From: a virus | Length of the DNA stretch: 64,000 nucleotides | Virus record (IMG/VR): IMGVR_UViG_3300033149_001571 | Coordinates: 4,357 to 68,356 of that record | Strand: one strand, 5' to 3' | Part shown: one piece after another, positions 38,800-48,450 of the stretch | Layout of the letters: every line of letters starts with the position of its first letter | Position numbering within the stretch: position 1 is the first letter of the stretch | Notes under the pieces: model-generated | Told to the model about the DNA's origin: nothing | The model's input: the letters and a program-made list of their open reading frames with translations, nothing else | Databases searched by the model: none | Position numbers and translations under genes: made by a program

Positions 38800-41334
38800 C
38801 TAGCCCGTGATCTCTTCGACGTTCACCGTAGTCCCGACCGTCGTACGGTAGACGATGAAATCCATCGATGCGTATTGACGGACCGCGACCGCGATAACTT
38901 GGAACCCTTGCGCGCGAAGCTCTGGGCTCGTCTCGTCCCTAACTCCGAAATTCTCAAGTCGAGAAGTCTCGGGGCTGTTTGGTGATCGGAGAACCTCTAG
39001 GAAGGCGTTAATCGTGGAGAGAAGCGCCCGGCGTCTCGCGGGGGTGTTTAGCTTCTTCACGTAGCCCGCCGCGATATCGGAGAGCGAATCGATGATGAAA
39101 TCTCCGAAGAATCGTCGCTTCGCGTCCGTGAGGCTCGGCTGTACCTCGGGGTCTACCGCGGTGACGTCACTCTGGAACACGAGCCCCGCGGCGCGATCGT
39201 TACGGGGAGCGATGATCCCCTCCGCCTTGAAAGAGATATAATCCTCGATAGTGAGGCCCACCCCTCCCTGCTCTTTATTGTAGGCGTCTTCGAGACCCAC
39301 CGCGTTAAGGGGGCCGTAGTTCGTGTCGCTCAACTGCTGCCCCGCGTTCTCTTCGGGCGGGAGGATGGAGCGGACCGAAGCGTAGAAGCCGTCCGATCGT
39401 ACGTTAATCACGCCGTCATCCGTGAAGCCTAGACCGCGGTCCGAGCCGAAGGCCGCGATCTCCGGGACGAAGGTAGTAAGCCCGGGGAAGGCGTAGAAGA
39501 CTCGCTGGTCCCGTCCGGTGTTCCCCACGCCTACACCGCTCGAAGCCTTCGCGTCCGCGCGGCTCGTGGCGAGCGGCGGCGAGACGATAGCCTTCCGGGC
39601 ACGGTGACCGGACGCGGTGGCGTCCAGTGCGTTAGATTTCAGAGCGAGCATAATCCTCTCGCTCGTACGCGCGGAGTAGATCTCGTTAATGTCGTACGAG
39701 ACCCCGGAGACGTCGATCGTAGCCGCGAGCGCGTCTAGATAACGGACGTCCATCTGTGACGAAGAGAGCCGGGAGACGTCCGCCGCGTTCGTAACGCTCC
39801 ACCCGTCCGCGAGGCTATCGAGAACGCTCGTAAGGGTGCCGGCCGCCGCCGTGGGGGTAGTGTCATCGTCCACCGCCGGGCGGACCTTGATCGTGTACGG
39901 GCCGCCGTTGTCGGCTGCTACCGCGGTCGTGGTGAGGGTGATCCAATCCGTGAGGTTCGCGGAGTCGCGGACCCGGGTACCGGCGGGGATGCTCGAAGCG
40001 CTCCCGCTCGCCGCGCTAACCGTGGTCCCCGCGGTGAAGCCTAGACCGGTCGCCGTGCTCCCGGCGTCTACGAGAATCGTCCCGGTCGCCGGAGTCGTGG
40101 TAGCGCAGAGACGAAGATTCCCGCTCGGGTCCGTGTCCGCGGAGACTCCCGCGAGCGCCCCGAGAATCGAAGCCGCCTCCGCCTGCGTGACTAGATCGAT
40201 GTTCGCCACGTTGCCGGACCCGGCCGCGAGGGTGAGCACCGCCGGGGTGGTCGTGGTGACCGTAACGTCTCCGGGGGTGGGCTCCGCCTGCACTGCGCTA
40301 GTGAAAAGCACGTTAGCGTCGCCGGTCGCCGTAAGGTCCGCCGCTCCGGAAGCCGCGAACGTCACACCCGGGACCCCGAGAGCTTGCACCGCGGAGAGAA
40401 GCGCGTCCCGTAGCTGAGTCACGGTCTCCGCTCCGGTCGCGACGTAGCTACCGTCGAAGTCCGTAGACGCCCCGAGCACGGTAACCGTAGTCCGAAGCGT
40501 GTACGTCCCCGCGGTTACGCTCGTCACCGTGTAAGTGTCTAGCTGTGGAACCGCCGCGGTAGGAAGCCCAAGCGTAGCGCGAGCCGTTCCGCCCACTACT
40601 TCGATGGTACCGGAGTAGCCACGGATTACGGAGTCGAGCGCGAGCTGACCGCCGGAGTCTCGCGCGATGCTCGAAGCGGTGGCCGCGTTGATTCGGTCGA
40701 TAACTTGCGCGAGCGATTGATCCGCCGCGGTGAACGTCACTACCTGAGTCGGGCCGCCGTCGATCGAAAGCTCTAAAGTCTCGCCGCCGGTGAACGTGGT
40801 GGGGAAGGTCCCGCCTGTACCGGTGATCGTTCCGACCGCCGCGTTAAACGTGGCGGTGACCGCCGCGGCTCCGTCTACGCTCACGCTGAGAGTCTGAGCG
40901 GGCTCTAGATCGAAGGGAGCCGCTCCACCGGTGAGACACGCGAGGCGATTAAAGGTCACCTCTCCGCCGCTGTTATCAACGCGGGAAACGATTAGCCCGG
41001 CGAATCGCTTATTCCGTAGCGCGATAAATCCGTTCCCGTTCCACACGTTAGCGTCGTCGCTACCCGCGCTTCGCACTGCTACCGGGTAACTATTCGCGGC
41101 CCCGTTCACGGTAAAGCCGAAGCCTCCGAACTTGTCCTCTAGGTCTGTACCGCCGAAGACCGCCGTGGGGGATTCAAGCTCCCCGTCCTCGAACTCTCCC
41201 ACGATCGCCACGGTGCCGGTGCCGGCCCCTAGCGGGGTAGCGGGGGGAGCTAGATCGATCGTATTAACGCTCTCGATATTTCCGAGAATGTTAAAGCCGG
41301 GGAATTGGGTAAAGACTCGCTTAAAACCTGCCAT
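38800..41334 (-). CDS. Tail sheath protein with large inserted domains
   Basis: N-terminal F..FPG...GT.AIVGEF..G, C-terminal RRF.DFI..SL and V......MDFI sheath-type motifs; 844 aa. Confidence 0.85.
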   Translation of the reverse strand: MAGFKRVFTQFPGFNILGNIESVNTIDLAPPATPLGAGTGTVAIVGEFEDGELESPTAVFGGTDLEDKFGGFGFTVNGAANSYPVAVRSAGSDDANVWNGNGFIALRNKRFAGLIVSRVDNSGGEVTFNRLACLTGGAAPFDLEPAQTLSVSVDGAAAVTATFNAAVGTITGTGGTFPTTFTGGETLELSIDGGPTQVVTFTAADQSLAQVIDRINAATASSIARDSGGQLALDSVIRGYSGTIEVVGGTARATLGLPTAAVPQLDTYTVTSVTAGTYTLRTTVTVLGASTDFDGSYVATGAETVTQLRDALLSAVQALGVPGVTFAASGAADLTATGDANVLFTSAVQAEPTPGDVTVTTTTPAVLTLAAGSGNVANIDLVTQAEAASILGALAGVSADTDPSGNLRLCATTTPATGTILVDAGSTATGLGFTAGTTVSAASGSASSIPAGTRVRDSANLTDWITLTTTAVAADNGGPYTIKVRPAVDDDTTPTAAAGTLTSVLDSLADGWSVTNAADVSRLSSSQMDVRYLDALAATIDVSGVSYDINEIYSARTSERIMLALKSNALDATASGHRARKAIVSPPLATSRADAKASSGVGVGNTGRDQRVFYAFPGLTTFVPEIAAFGSDRGLGFTDDGVINVRSDGFYASVRSILPPEENAGQQLSDTNYGPLNAVGLEDAYNKEQGGVGLTIEDYISFKAEGIIAPRNDRAAGLVFQSDVTAVDPEVQPSLTDAKRRFFGDFIIDSLSDIAAGYVKKLNTPARRRALLSTINAFLEVLRSPNSPETSRLENFGVRDETSPELRAQGFQVIAVAVRQYASMDFIVYRTTVGTTVNVEEITG

Positions 41335-41406
41335 GGTAGGGGTATCTCTTTCCGAAGGTTAGAGGGGGGCGCGCTTGTCTAGGCTAGACACGCGCGCGGA
41401 GAATCG

Positions 41407-42150
41407 TCAAGACGTAGAGACGTCGAAGCGGGGGGGACGGATGCACGTAGGAGAAGCCACGAGGGAGACCACCTCGATATCGGCAGAGAATCGCGCGATG
41501 AGGGGCCACATATTCGATCGAGCATTGTCGGGGGTATCCTCGTAGGTGATACCCATCAAATCGAAGCGCGCCACCCGATCGAAGTACCACGGGACCACCA
41601 CGCGCCGGCCGCTCCGCTCGTCTCCGGGCTCGTGGAACGCCTCGATTAAGCCCTTCCGTACCGCGCTACGTTCGTCCTTATCCGCGACCCAGAACGCGAC
41701 CACCATGCGGGCGGACACCTCGTAGATCTTACGGAGCGCCGTCCCGGGGGCGTACACGTCTAACGTGTCTTCGATTAATTGCTGTCCCGAGAGCGCCCCC
41801 GATAGCTGTAGGTCTTGCTCGGTAGGTGCGTAGATCGTTGCGCTCGGGATTGGTACGGAGTCGTCTTCGCTCTCCGGCCAATCGAGAAAGATTCTAGTGA
41901 ATCGAAGGGTATTCGATTCAATTTTACCGCTAGTCACGAGCGCGCGGCGGTCGATAGTCGTGAACGTGAGACCGTCCAAGATCAACCACATCCCAAGCTG
42001 TAGCGCCGTGAAATCGTCTACGTAGGTCCGTTGTAGTAACGGCACCTCCGCGGGGTAGATCGTTTGTACCCCGGCACCTAGCTCCGAGCGCGGGACTAGG
42101 GTCCCATCCGGGTTCACGTACACGTCCGGCCATACTTCGGAACGGCTCAC
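41407..42150 (-). CDS. Tail completion/terminator-like protein
   Basis: Position immediately upstream of sheath; P.ATI beta-rich pattern. Confidence 0.5.
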   Translation of the reverse strand: MSRSEVWPDVYVNPDGTLVPRSELGAGVQTIYPAEVPLLQRTYVDDFTALQLGMWLILDGLTFTTIDRRALVTSGKIESNTLRFTRIFLDWPESEDDSVPIPSATIYAPTEQDLQLSGALSGQQLIEDTLDVYAPGTALRKIYEVSARMVVAFWVADKDERSAVRKGLIEAFHEPGDERSGRRVVVPWYFDRVARFDLMGITYEDTPDNARSNMWPLIARFSADIEVVSLVASPTCIRPPRFDVSTS

Positions 42151-42800
42151 GGCTTCCCACCTTTCGCGCTCACTGCTCGGAGCGATTTCTTAATCTCCCG
42201 CTTCGCTCTCTTCTGGATCTTCGGCATGGTACGGAGAAGAACATAGCGCCCCGGCGTACCCTTCTTCGCGATCTTGAGAGCTACGAGCCGGGCGAAGCGG
42301 CGCTGGGCTTCGTCCTTCTTCTTCCCGCGGGGTGCCTTCGGCTGCTTAATCCCTTTCCCCTGCCGCTTGCTCGCCACCTTAGACTGTGCCGGGGTCTTCT
42401 TCTTCCCGCTCTTCTTCCCCGGCTTCTTCTTCTTAATCTGACCGGATGCGTCGAAGCTAAATCGCTTAAGCCGGACCCACGGGAGAATCCCCTCCGTCTC
42501 CGAAGAGAAGGGGGGCATCTTGCCGGGGCGGCGTCCCACCTCCACGAAGTACGAAGCCAGCGCGCTGTTACCTAAGATCGCTCCGCCGCGGGTCTTCTTC
42601 ACTACCCACGAATTCCGATAGGTGTAGGAAGCCTCCGGCTTCGGGTTCGTGATGGACATTGTACGCACCACCGCCGTGTGCCCGAATCGAGCCGTACGCA
42701 CGAAGGCCCCGCGGACGCCCTTATCTAGCGCCTTCGATAGCTTATCCATCGCGAGCGGTAGCTGGCTCGGCCTGGAAACGATCACGCGACGGAAGCCCAT
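42147..42800 (-). CDS. Neck protein (HK97 gp10-like) with Lys-rich insert
   Basis: YRNSW, N...A.YFVE.GR.PG..PP, I...GT.G motifs. Confidence 0.65.
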   Translation of the reverse strand: MGFRRVIVSRPSQLPLAMDKLSKALDKGVRGAFVRTARFGHTAVVRTMSITNPKPEASYTYRNSWVVKKTRGGAILGNSALASYFVEVGRRPGKMPPFSSETEGILPWVRLKRFSFDASGQIKKKKPGKKSGKKKTPAQSKVASKRQGKGIKQPKAPRGKKKDEAQRRFARLVALKIAKKGTPGRYVLLRTMPKIQKRAKREIKKSLRAVSAKGGKP

Positions 42801-42803
42801 AGG

Positions 42804-43616
42804 TTAAGTCCGTAGGGAAGAGATCCGGGGACGGACCGCGTTCGTATCCCGCTCCGTCTGGTAAGAGCCATCGCGGTCCGGGACTCCGATAGGCGGCGGC
42901 TCCGTCCGCGCGCCTTCCTGATCCGTTAGCGTAATCACGTACTGGAAATTCTCCGCGTCGTAGTAGGGGAGACTCGCGGGGGTGAAGCGCCCGGGGACCG
43001 AATTAGGATCGGAGGGGCACCGCTCGCGCCGCTCCACCTCGTAGAAGAATTCGACGTCTGGATCTCGCGTCCGGTCGTCGATGTACCCGAACAATTCGCG
43101 CCCGCTCACCTGAGCCGGAGAAATCTCCGTTAAGACGATATCTCCGCTTGCTCGCATCCCGGAGAACGAAGACTCCCAATCGATCGCGGCGGTGCTCGAT
43201 ACGAGCACGGGAAACAACTCCACCCGGCGAAGCTCTTCCGCCCGTTGCTTCCGGTCCCGCTTGCGCCACACGAGCCACACGCGATAGCCCCGGAGCCCTA
43301 GATCGTGGACGATACCCCGCGCCCCATCTACCGCCGTCTGTAGGCACACCCCGAGAGAGCCCACGAGATCCCCGTCTGTGTTCGGTACGTTCTCGGGACC
43401 CGGGCCGCATATCCCGGGGGCGGGTACGGGCTGCCCCGTCTGCGGGTCTATGACGGTCGTACAGTCGCCGCCTGCACAATCGGAGGGTACCCGCGCGGAG
43501 CATCCCTCGAAGCGGTTAGGGGCCGGCGCGCACGGATCGCGCCTAGGCTTCGAGCACGAACACGAGCCCGAACACGAGCCCGAACACGAGCCCGAACACG
43601 ATCCGCACCCGCTCAA
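42804..43616 (-). CDS. Head-closure/head-tail protein with Cys-rich N-terminus
   Basis: Neck-region position; N-terminus (GSCS)n plus further Cys; TTG start overlapping upstream TGA. Confidence 0.5.
   Translation of the reverse strand: MSGCGSCSGSCSGSCSGSCSCSKPRRDPCAPAPNRFEGCSARVPSDCAGGDCTTVIDPQTGQPVPAPGICGPGPENVPNTDGDLVGSLGVCLQTAVDGARGIVHDLGLRGYRVWLVWRKRDRKQRAEELRRVELFPVLVSSTAAIDWESSFSGMRASGDIVLTEISPAQVSGRELFGYIDDRTRDPDVEFFYEVERRERCPSDPNSVPGRFTPASLPYYDAENFQYVITLTDQEGARTEPPPIGVPDRDGSYQTERDTNAVRPRISSLRT
43557..43600. repeat. 12-bp tandem repeat CGAACACGAGCC encoding GSCS units
   Basis: Three full copies plus a partial fourth, read directly. Confidence 0.85.
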
Positions 43617-43708
43617 TTCTTACCGCCTCCCCGCGCCTTAATCTTCTCCCGTAGCGCGGGCTTCGTGTACTTCGCGGAAGAAGAGCCGCTCTTCTTCGCG
43701 TTCGCCAC
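43613..43708 (-). CDS. 31-aa basic ORF, apparent DUF5872-like remnant (not in ORF track)
   Basis: MANAKKSGSSSAKYTKPALREKIKARGGGKN; start and stop overlap both neighbours. Confidence 0.45.
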   Translation of the reverse strand: MANAKKSGSSSAKYTKPALREKIKARGGGKN

Positions 43709-44205
43709 TATGCACCCCCGAGAGGTGCCGCGAGTAGGCGCACGGTAACCGCCCCCGCGGGAGCGCTAAGAGCCGTCACACGAAGCGCGAACTGGTTCTG
43801 GCTCCCACCGATAGCGGCGATCGTTGCGCCCGTGTTGAACGCGAGAGCGGCCCCTACGGTGGGGGTCGAAGCGAACGCGGTAGAGATATCCGCCACGTGT
43901 ACCGCGAGATCATCGTACTCACCGGAATACCGGACCACCTCGATTAGCTCCACGGTGATCGTCCCGGCACCCGGAGCCACCGGAGCCCCGCCGGCATCCA
44001 CCGCCACGGGAAGCACCTTAAGCCCGGAGCCCGGCCGTCCGGGCCATGGGGGGATCTGGAAAGCCGTCACGGGGTTACCGGCCGCGTCCGGGAGGAAGCG
44101 GGCCTGTGTGGCTCTCCAATCCGGATCCGTCGCGAAGCCGGCGACAGTGAGAGAGCGCGCTACGATCCACTCGTTATAGCGCGGAGAATCGCCGGAGAGG
44201 CTCAC
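43708..44205 (-). CDS. Hypothetical structural protein
   Basis: 165-aa Ala/Gly/Val-rich ORF in the head-neck region. Confidence 0.55.
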   Translation of the reverse strand: MSLSGDSPRYNEWIVARSLTVAGFATDPDWRATQARFLPDAAGNPVTAFQIPPWPGRPGSGLKVLPVAVDAGGAPVAPGAGTITVELIEVVRYSGEYDDLAVHVADISTAFASTPTVGAALAFNTGATIAAIGGSQNQFALRVTALSAPAGAVTVRLLAAPLGGA

Positions 44206-44375
44206 GATTCACCCTCTCCTTCTTCGCTCTTCTTCTTCTTCGTGAGCTTCTTCGCGAGCTTCTTCGCGAGCCCGGCGGATTTCTTCGCGGGCTTGCTCTC
44301 CGCCTTCTTCGGGGCGGCGCTCTTCTCGGGGCTCTTCCCCTTCGTGCTTACGGTGCTATTAGTTTCGATCTTCAC
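44202..44375 (-). CDS. 57-aa Lys-rich protein (not in ORF track)
   Basis: MKIETNSTVSTKGKSPEKSAAPKKAESKPAKKSAGLAKKLAKKLTKKKKSEEGEGES; TGA overlaps next GTG. Confidence 0.55.
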   Translation of the reverse strand: MKIETNSTVSTKGKSPEKSAAPKKAESKPAKKSAGLAKKLAKKLTKKKKSEEGEGES

Positions 44376-44382
44376 GATTCAT

Positions 44383-44787
44383 TCACTCCGGGTTAATGAC
44401 GACGTACGAGCCGCCTAAACGTTGATGCTTCTTTGAGAACGGATTTTTGTTCACGCCGAAAATATCTACGAGCGCGTCCGTCCAATACGTATAGGTGTCT
44501 TCGAGATCCTCTAACTCTTCCCGGCCCCGTAGAATCACGTTCCCCGCGGTGGCTGCTTTCAAGCGTGAGCGCGCCTCCGCTATCTGCTTCTCAGTGCAAT
44601 CGCACTGAGAGAGCACGTAGCGGAAATTAGGCTCTGCCACCGGGAGGATTTGATCCATCGCCGCTTCGAGAAGAAAGGCCGGGTGACCCGCCGCCGGGAA
44701 CCCGAGCGCGAGCACGGTAGCGTTCCCGATGTTCGGGAAGCCTAGGTGGTAGCGGGTCTTCGACCGTTCTTCTTGAGTGAGCGCCAT
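44383..44787 (-). CDS. Head-tail connector/adaptor-like protein
   Basis: MALT..E...RYHLG.P helical 134 aa shortly after capsid genes. Confidence 0.6.
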   Translation of the reverse strand: MALTQEERSKTRYHLGFPNIGNATVLALGFPAAGHPAFLLEAAMDQILPVAEPNFRYVLSQCDCTEKQIAEARSRLKAATAGNVILRGREELEDLEDTYTYWTDALVDIFGVNKNPFSKKHQRLGGSYVVINPE

Positions 44788-44796
44788 AGCTTTACC

Positions 44797-45288
44797 TTAG
44801 TGCGTCGCCGCCTCTCGTAGACGGGCCTCCGCGGCTTCCGCTTCGACACGAGCCGCCGCCGCCTGAGCTAGACCGGACTCCGCGATTGCCTTCTTAACTC
44901 GCGCCTCCGCTTCTTCTCGTAGCTGAGCGATCACGGACTCCTGATCCCGGGGCACTCCCACGAGAAGACCAGCCCGGATCCAATCCATGAGATACGGCGA
45001 AAGATCCGCGCGGATAATCTCTCCCTCTCGAAGCGTTCGGACTCCGTGGCTCCACGTCCGGAGCACCTCGAATCGCGCGTAGGGATCCTCTTCGATCGCC
45101 TTCGTAACGGTCTCCGGGGTGAGCTTGATAAGCTCCGGCGGCCGGGCGATCTCCATAGCCGCGAGTCTCGAATCCTGATCCTCCACCCGAGATCGGAGCG
45201 TCTCGCACGTCTCCGAGAGCTTCGAGAGAGTCTCTCTAAGCTCTTCGATTTCTTCGCGGTTACTTCGCTTCTTCTTTGATTCTTCCAT
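44797..45288 (-). CDS. Hypothetical coiled-coil protein
   Basis: Strong AGGAGG RBS; TGaTACTGT extended -10-like element upstream at about 45310-45318. Confidence 0.6.
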   Translation of the reverse strand: MEESKKKRSNREEIEELRETLSKLSETCETLRSRVEDQDSRLAAMEIARPPELIKLTPETVTKAIEEDPYARFEVLRTWSHGVRTLREGEIIRADLSPYLMDWIRAGLLVGVPRDQESVIAQLREEAEARVKKAIAESGLAQAAAARVEAEAAEARLREAATH

Positions 45289-45319
45289 GATTTGCCTCCT
45301 AGCCCCCTAACAGTATCAC

Positions 45320-45357
45320 GAAGAAGACCGGCCGCGCGCTCGTACGCGGGCCGGTCT
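45320..45357 (-). terminator. GC-rich hairpin after the capsid operon
   Basis: AGACCGGCC...GGCCGGTCT inverted repeat followed by TCTTC on the minus strand. Confidence 0.4.
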
Positions 45358-45378
45358 CCCGAAGCGGTAGCCGGTCGG

Positions 45379-45591
45379 CTACTGCTCCGTCTTCACGCCC
45401 GGGGCCGCCTTCATGGGGACCATAGGCGCGGAGCGAAAGCGCTGTCCCGCGCGCGCGGGCTTCGTGGTGCCTTTAGCGCTCGGGTCCATGGGCATCGCGT
45501 CTGCAAGGCTCGCGCCCCCGGGAGCCGGGGGATCGCACTCCACCTTACAGAGACCACCGCAAGAGTGTACGGGGTCCTTCATTAGACGCAC
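45379..45591 (-). CDS. Small hypothetical protein
   Basis: 70-aa ORF overlapping the decoration gene end. Confidence 0.4.
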   Translation of the reverse strand: MRLMKDPVHSCGGLCKVECDPPAPGGASLADAMPMDPSAKGTTKPARAGQRFRSAPMVPMKAAPGVKTEQ

Positions 45592-45959
45592 GTCCCGGAG
45601 TCAGCCGCGAGAGTCGCTCCGAGACCCGCGGGAAGGGTGAGCTGGAGCGCAGTGTAGGCGGTGACCGCCGCGTTAAAGGTGAGCGTAGCCACCCCGTCCG
45701 CGTCGTACGCTACCGCCACCTCTCCGGCTGCCGGAGCCGCACCGGGACCGACGATCGTAAGATTCGTCCCGGCGGGGCTCTCCACGGCGAGAAGAGCGCC
45801 GGGGAGATCGTTTACCTGAGTCGCGTTAGAGGCGAGACCAGTACGAGCGTTCGCGGTGGGAATCAGCCCCCCGAGAATGTCCCCGGCGGAGACCTTGCGG
45901 AGCATATCCGGGACGCTGGTAGGGTTCGCGAGGTTTAGAGCTTCTTTAGTCGTAGACAT
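45582..45959 (-). CDS. Capsid decoration-like protein
   Basis: Small Ala/Gly/Thr-rich protein directly after the major capsid gene, with AAAGGAA RBS. Confidence 0.5.
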   Translation of the reverse strand: MSTTKEALNLANPTSVPDMLRKVSAGDILGGLIPTANARTGLASNATQVNDLPGALLAVESPAGTNLTIVGPGAAPAAGEVAVAYDADGVATLTFNAAVTAYTALQLTLPAGLGATLAADSGTCV

Positions 45960-45989
45960 TTTCTCTGTTCCTTTCAGTGCTCGTCTAGA

Positions 45990-47399
45990 TTAGTCCTCGG
46001 AGCCGCTCTCGATAACGACGGCGCGCTTGAAGCGTCCGCCCAACTGTCCGCCCAAGAGATCGGTGGGTACGCCCCAATCCCCGGACCACGACCACGATTG
46101 CGACACCTGCTGCTGGAGTCGATCCTGTGGGCTTCGGATGATGTAGCGGATCCGGTCCACGTTGATCTGGATACCGTTGTTCACGATATTGAACATACCC
46201 ACCTTACCGGTGTAGCCGGCTTCCGTGAGATAGTCCGCGGTCTCATCGATGTACTTCTCCATGATGGAGCCGCCGCCGGTGATGATGGTACGAACGACGC
46301 CCACGCCGGAAGCGTTACGCATCTCGCCGTAAAACTCCGGCGAAGCCACGGCGTCTGTACCAGCGCGGGAAGCGATTAGACCGCTCTCCCCATCGGGGGC
46401 GCTGTTAAAGACGTTCGGCGCTTCGTTATTCGAGAAGAAGATACACCCGAGAAGGCGACCGATCGCGAACTCGGCATATCGAAGACCGTCCGGCACTCCC
46501 TGATTCAAGCGCTGGAACTCGTTATCGTTGTAGATCTGAGCTTCCGCGATGGGATCAAGGTGGACGTGGTAGTAGCCGTCCGGGTGGGTCGGAACTCGGT
46601 TACGGCGCATGGTTGCGACCGCTTGACGGATCTCCTTGAGAGAGATCGAAGAGGTAGAGGTGAGACCGTCCACCGAAGCGGCTCCGCCCACACGGATGAT
46701 CCGGGGAGCGTCCGAAGCGAGAACCCTAGCGCCGGCCGCGAAGGTAACAGCGGCGGCGAGAGTAAGGGTACCGGGGCCGAAGGGGTTAGCGGGATCGGCC
46801 GGGGTAGCGGCGATCACGTTCTGAGACCCGGCCACGCCGGAGATCGTTACGGCCTTCGGGTTAGTGGCGGAGACCGCCACCTCTTCGCCGTTGACGATCG
46901 TGGTGGTGAAGCCGTTAAGCATCGCCACGTTCACCGAAGCGGAAGGGGCCCCGGCGTTAGAGGTGAGGGTATCGCCTCCGACATAACGACAAAAGAGCTT
47001 GTCTCGGCAAAGCCGGTTCAAGCTCTGCCCGGCCTGTAGTCCGAGCGTCTTCGCGTTGCGAGCGAAGAGGGGAGCGAGAGCGGTACGGCTGCTCGGCATG
47101 TGGGTATCGATGGAGTCGCCGTACTGGGCGGCCTGCACTCGCCACTGCTCGAAGCTAGGATTCTTCGGGGCCGGGTCTGCACCGGGGGTAAGAGCCGACA
47201 CGTTAGGGGCGAGAAGACTCGCGCGGGTGTAAACCTGAACGTCTCCGACGTTAACCTGCCAGCGCTCCGGCATCGCTTCATCTCGGAAGAGAAGCTGAGG
47301 GTAAAGCGCGTCGCGGAACTCGCGGACGAGGGTGTTATCCTGAACGATCGGACCGAGGAATCCGAGCGAGGGAAGAATTGATCCAAGGGAACCAGCCAT
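45990..47399 (-). CDS. Major capsid protein
   Basis: 469 aa after scaffold; QYG, LG.QAG.S...L.RD, IR.AV..MR.N.VP...G.Y..H..P, IGR..G..F patterns like N4-gp56-type capsids. Confidence 0.85.
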   Translation of the reverse strand: MAGSLGSILPSLGFLGPIVQDNTLVREFRDALYPQLLFRDEAMPERWQVNVGDVQVYTRASLLAPNVSALTPGADPAPKNPSFEQWRVQAAQYGDSIDTHMPSSRTALAPLFARNAKTLGLQAGQSLNRLCRDKLFCRYVGGDTLTSNAGAPSASVNVAMLNGFTTTIVNGEEVAVSATNPKAVTISGVAGSQNVIAATPADPANPFGPGTLTLAAAVTFAAGARVLASDAPRIIRVGGAASVDGLTSTSSISLKEIRQAVATMRRNRVPTHPDGYYHVHLDPIAEAQIYNDNEFQRLNQGVPDGLRYAEFAIGRLLGCIFFSNNEAPNVFNSAPDGESGLIASRAGTDAVASPEFYGEMRNASGVGVVRTIITGGGSIMEKYIDETADYLTEAGYTGKVGMFNIVNNGIQINVDRIRYIIRSPQDRLQQQVSQSWSWSGDWGVPTDLLGGQLGGRFKRAVVIESGSED

Positions 47400-47445
47400 T
47401 TTTCGTTACTCCGTGATTCTGATTTCTGAGGGTTAATGCGGGGGT

Positions 47446-48180
47446 CTAGTGAATTCCATGGAGCCGCCGCCGGTGCTCTTCGTACTCTTGGCGGCTCATT
47501 TTCATAACGTCAACCCCCGGCGGAGATTCTTTCGCGGCGGGGGCTTGTGTGGCCTTCTCCACGGGGGCCGTGTTCGGGCGATCTTGCGGGGCTACCGGGC
47601 GATTCTCAGTCGATTCACTGGACGCCACGGGGGGGGCTTCTGGTGTTTTCATGAGGTACGCATGGGACCCGAGTACGCGAGCCACCGCGTCCGAGACCGC
47701 TAGGTCCGGGTCGGAGTCCACCTCCGCGAGAACTTTAAATCGTAGGAAGTCCATCGCGGCGGCATCCGCTAGAGCGACGTTCGACGCTACGAGCGCCGCG
47801 GCTAGGTCTCGCTCACGCTCCACCCCGCGAACCTTCTCCCGGGCCGCCTCCGCTGCTTGCTCCGCCTCTTGCTTCTCCAGACGGAGCCGGTCTACCTCTT
47901 CCATCTTCGCGCGCTCCGCTTCCTTCTGCGCGCGCTCTTTCTCTTCTTCCACCGCGCGAGAAGCCGCGAGCTTCGCGGCCTTGCGGATCTCCGCGCGTAC
48001 GTCGTCGCGGCCTAGGATCGCGTCTAGGGCCTCCGGCTTAGGGGGCTCCGCTGATACGGGCTCCGGGCTCGGAGCGCTCTCGGGGGCGCTGGGAGCCTCT
48101 ACGGGGGCCGCTTCTTCGGTCGTCTCCGGGGCGGTGGTCACTTCGGGGGGTGCTTCGGGTGTAGGTGTTTCGGATTCCAT
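47446..48180 (-). CDS. Capsid scaffolding protein
   Basis: Pro/Glu-rich N-terminus, coiled coil, C-terminal D..KMS..EY...R; directly upstream of MCP. Confidence 0.8.
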   Translation of the reverse strand: MESETPTPEAPPEVTTAPETTEEAAPVEAPSAPESAPSPEPVSAEPPKPEALDAILGRDDVRAEIRKAAKLAASRAVEEEKERAQKEAERAKMEEVDRLRLEKQEAEQAAEAAREKVRGVERERDLAAALVASNVALADAAAMDFLRFKVLAEVDSDPDLAVSDAVARVLGSHAYLMKTPEAPPVASSESTENRPVAPQDRPNTAPVEKATQAPAAKESPPGVDVMKMSRQEYEEHRRRLHGIH

Positions 48181-48201
48181 GATTCTCCTAGCCCGTCGAT
48201 T

Positions 48202-48450
48202 CTACGTCTTAGCGCTCTCCGCGTCTAGCCCGCTATCTACGGAGGGGATACGTTGCGGCCACAACAAATGGCCGCACACGAAGCCGGAAGCGAACGGGAT
48301 CGCGGGGTGGCGCTGTACGACTCCGAGAACGAAGCGGCTAAAGGTAGCGTCAACGCCACCGCGAACCACCGCGATTATGTCCACCACTACGAACACGAGA
48401 ACGACGGCGATAGAGCCGGCTCTCCAAAATCGATTAAAGTCTAGGGTCAT
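48202..48450 (-). CDS. Small membrane protein
   Basis: Two hydrophobic segments ending GHLLWP. Confidence 0.55.
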   Translation of the reverse strand: MTLDFNRFWRAGSIAVVLVFVVVDIIAVVRGGVDATFSRFVLGVVQRHPAIPFASGFVCGHLLWPQRIPSVDSGLDAESAKT

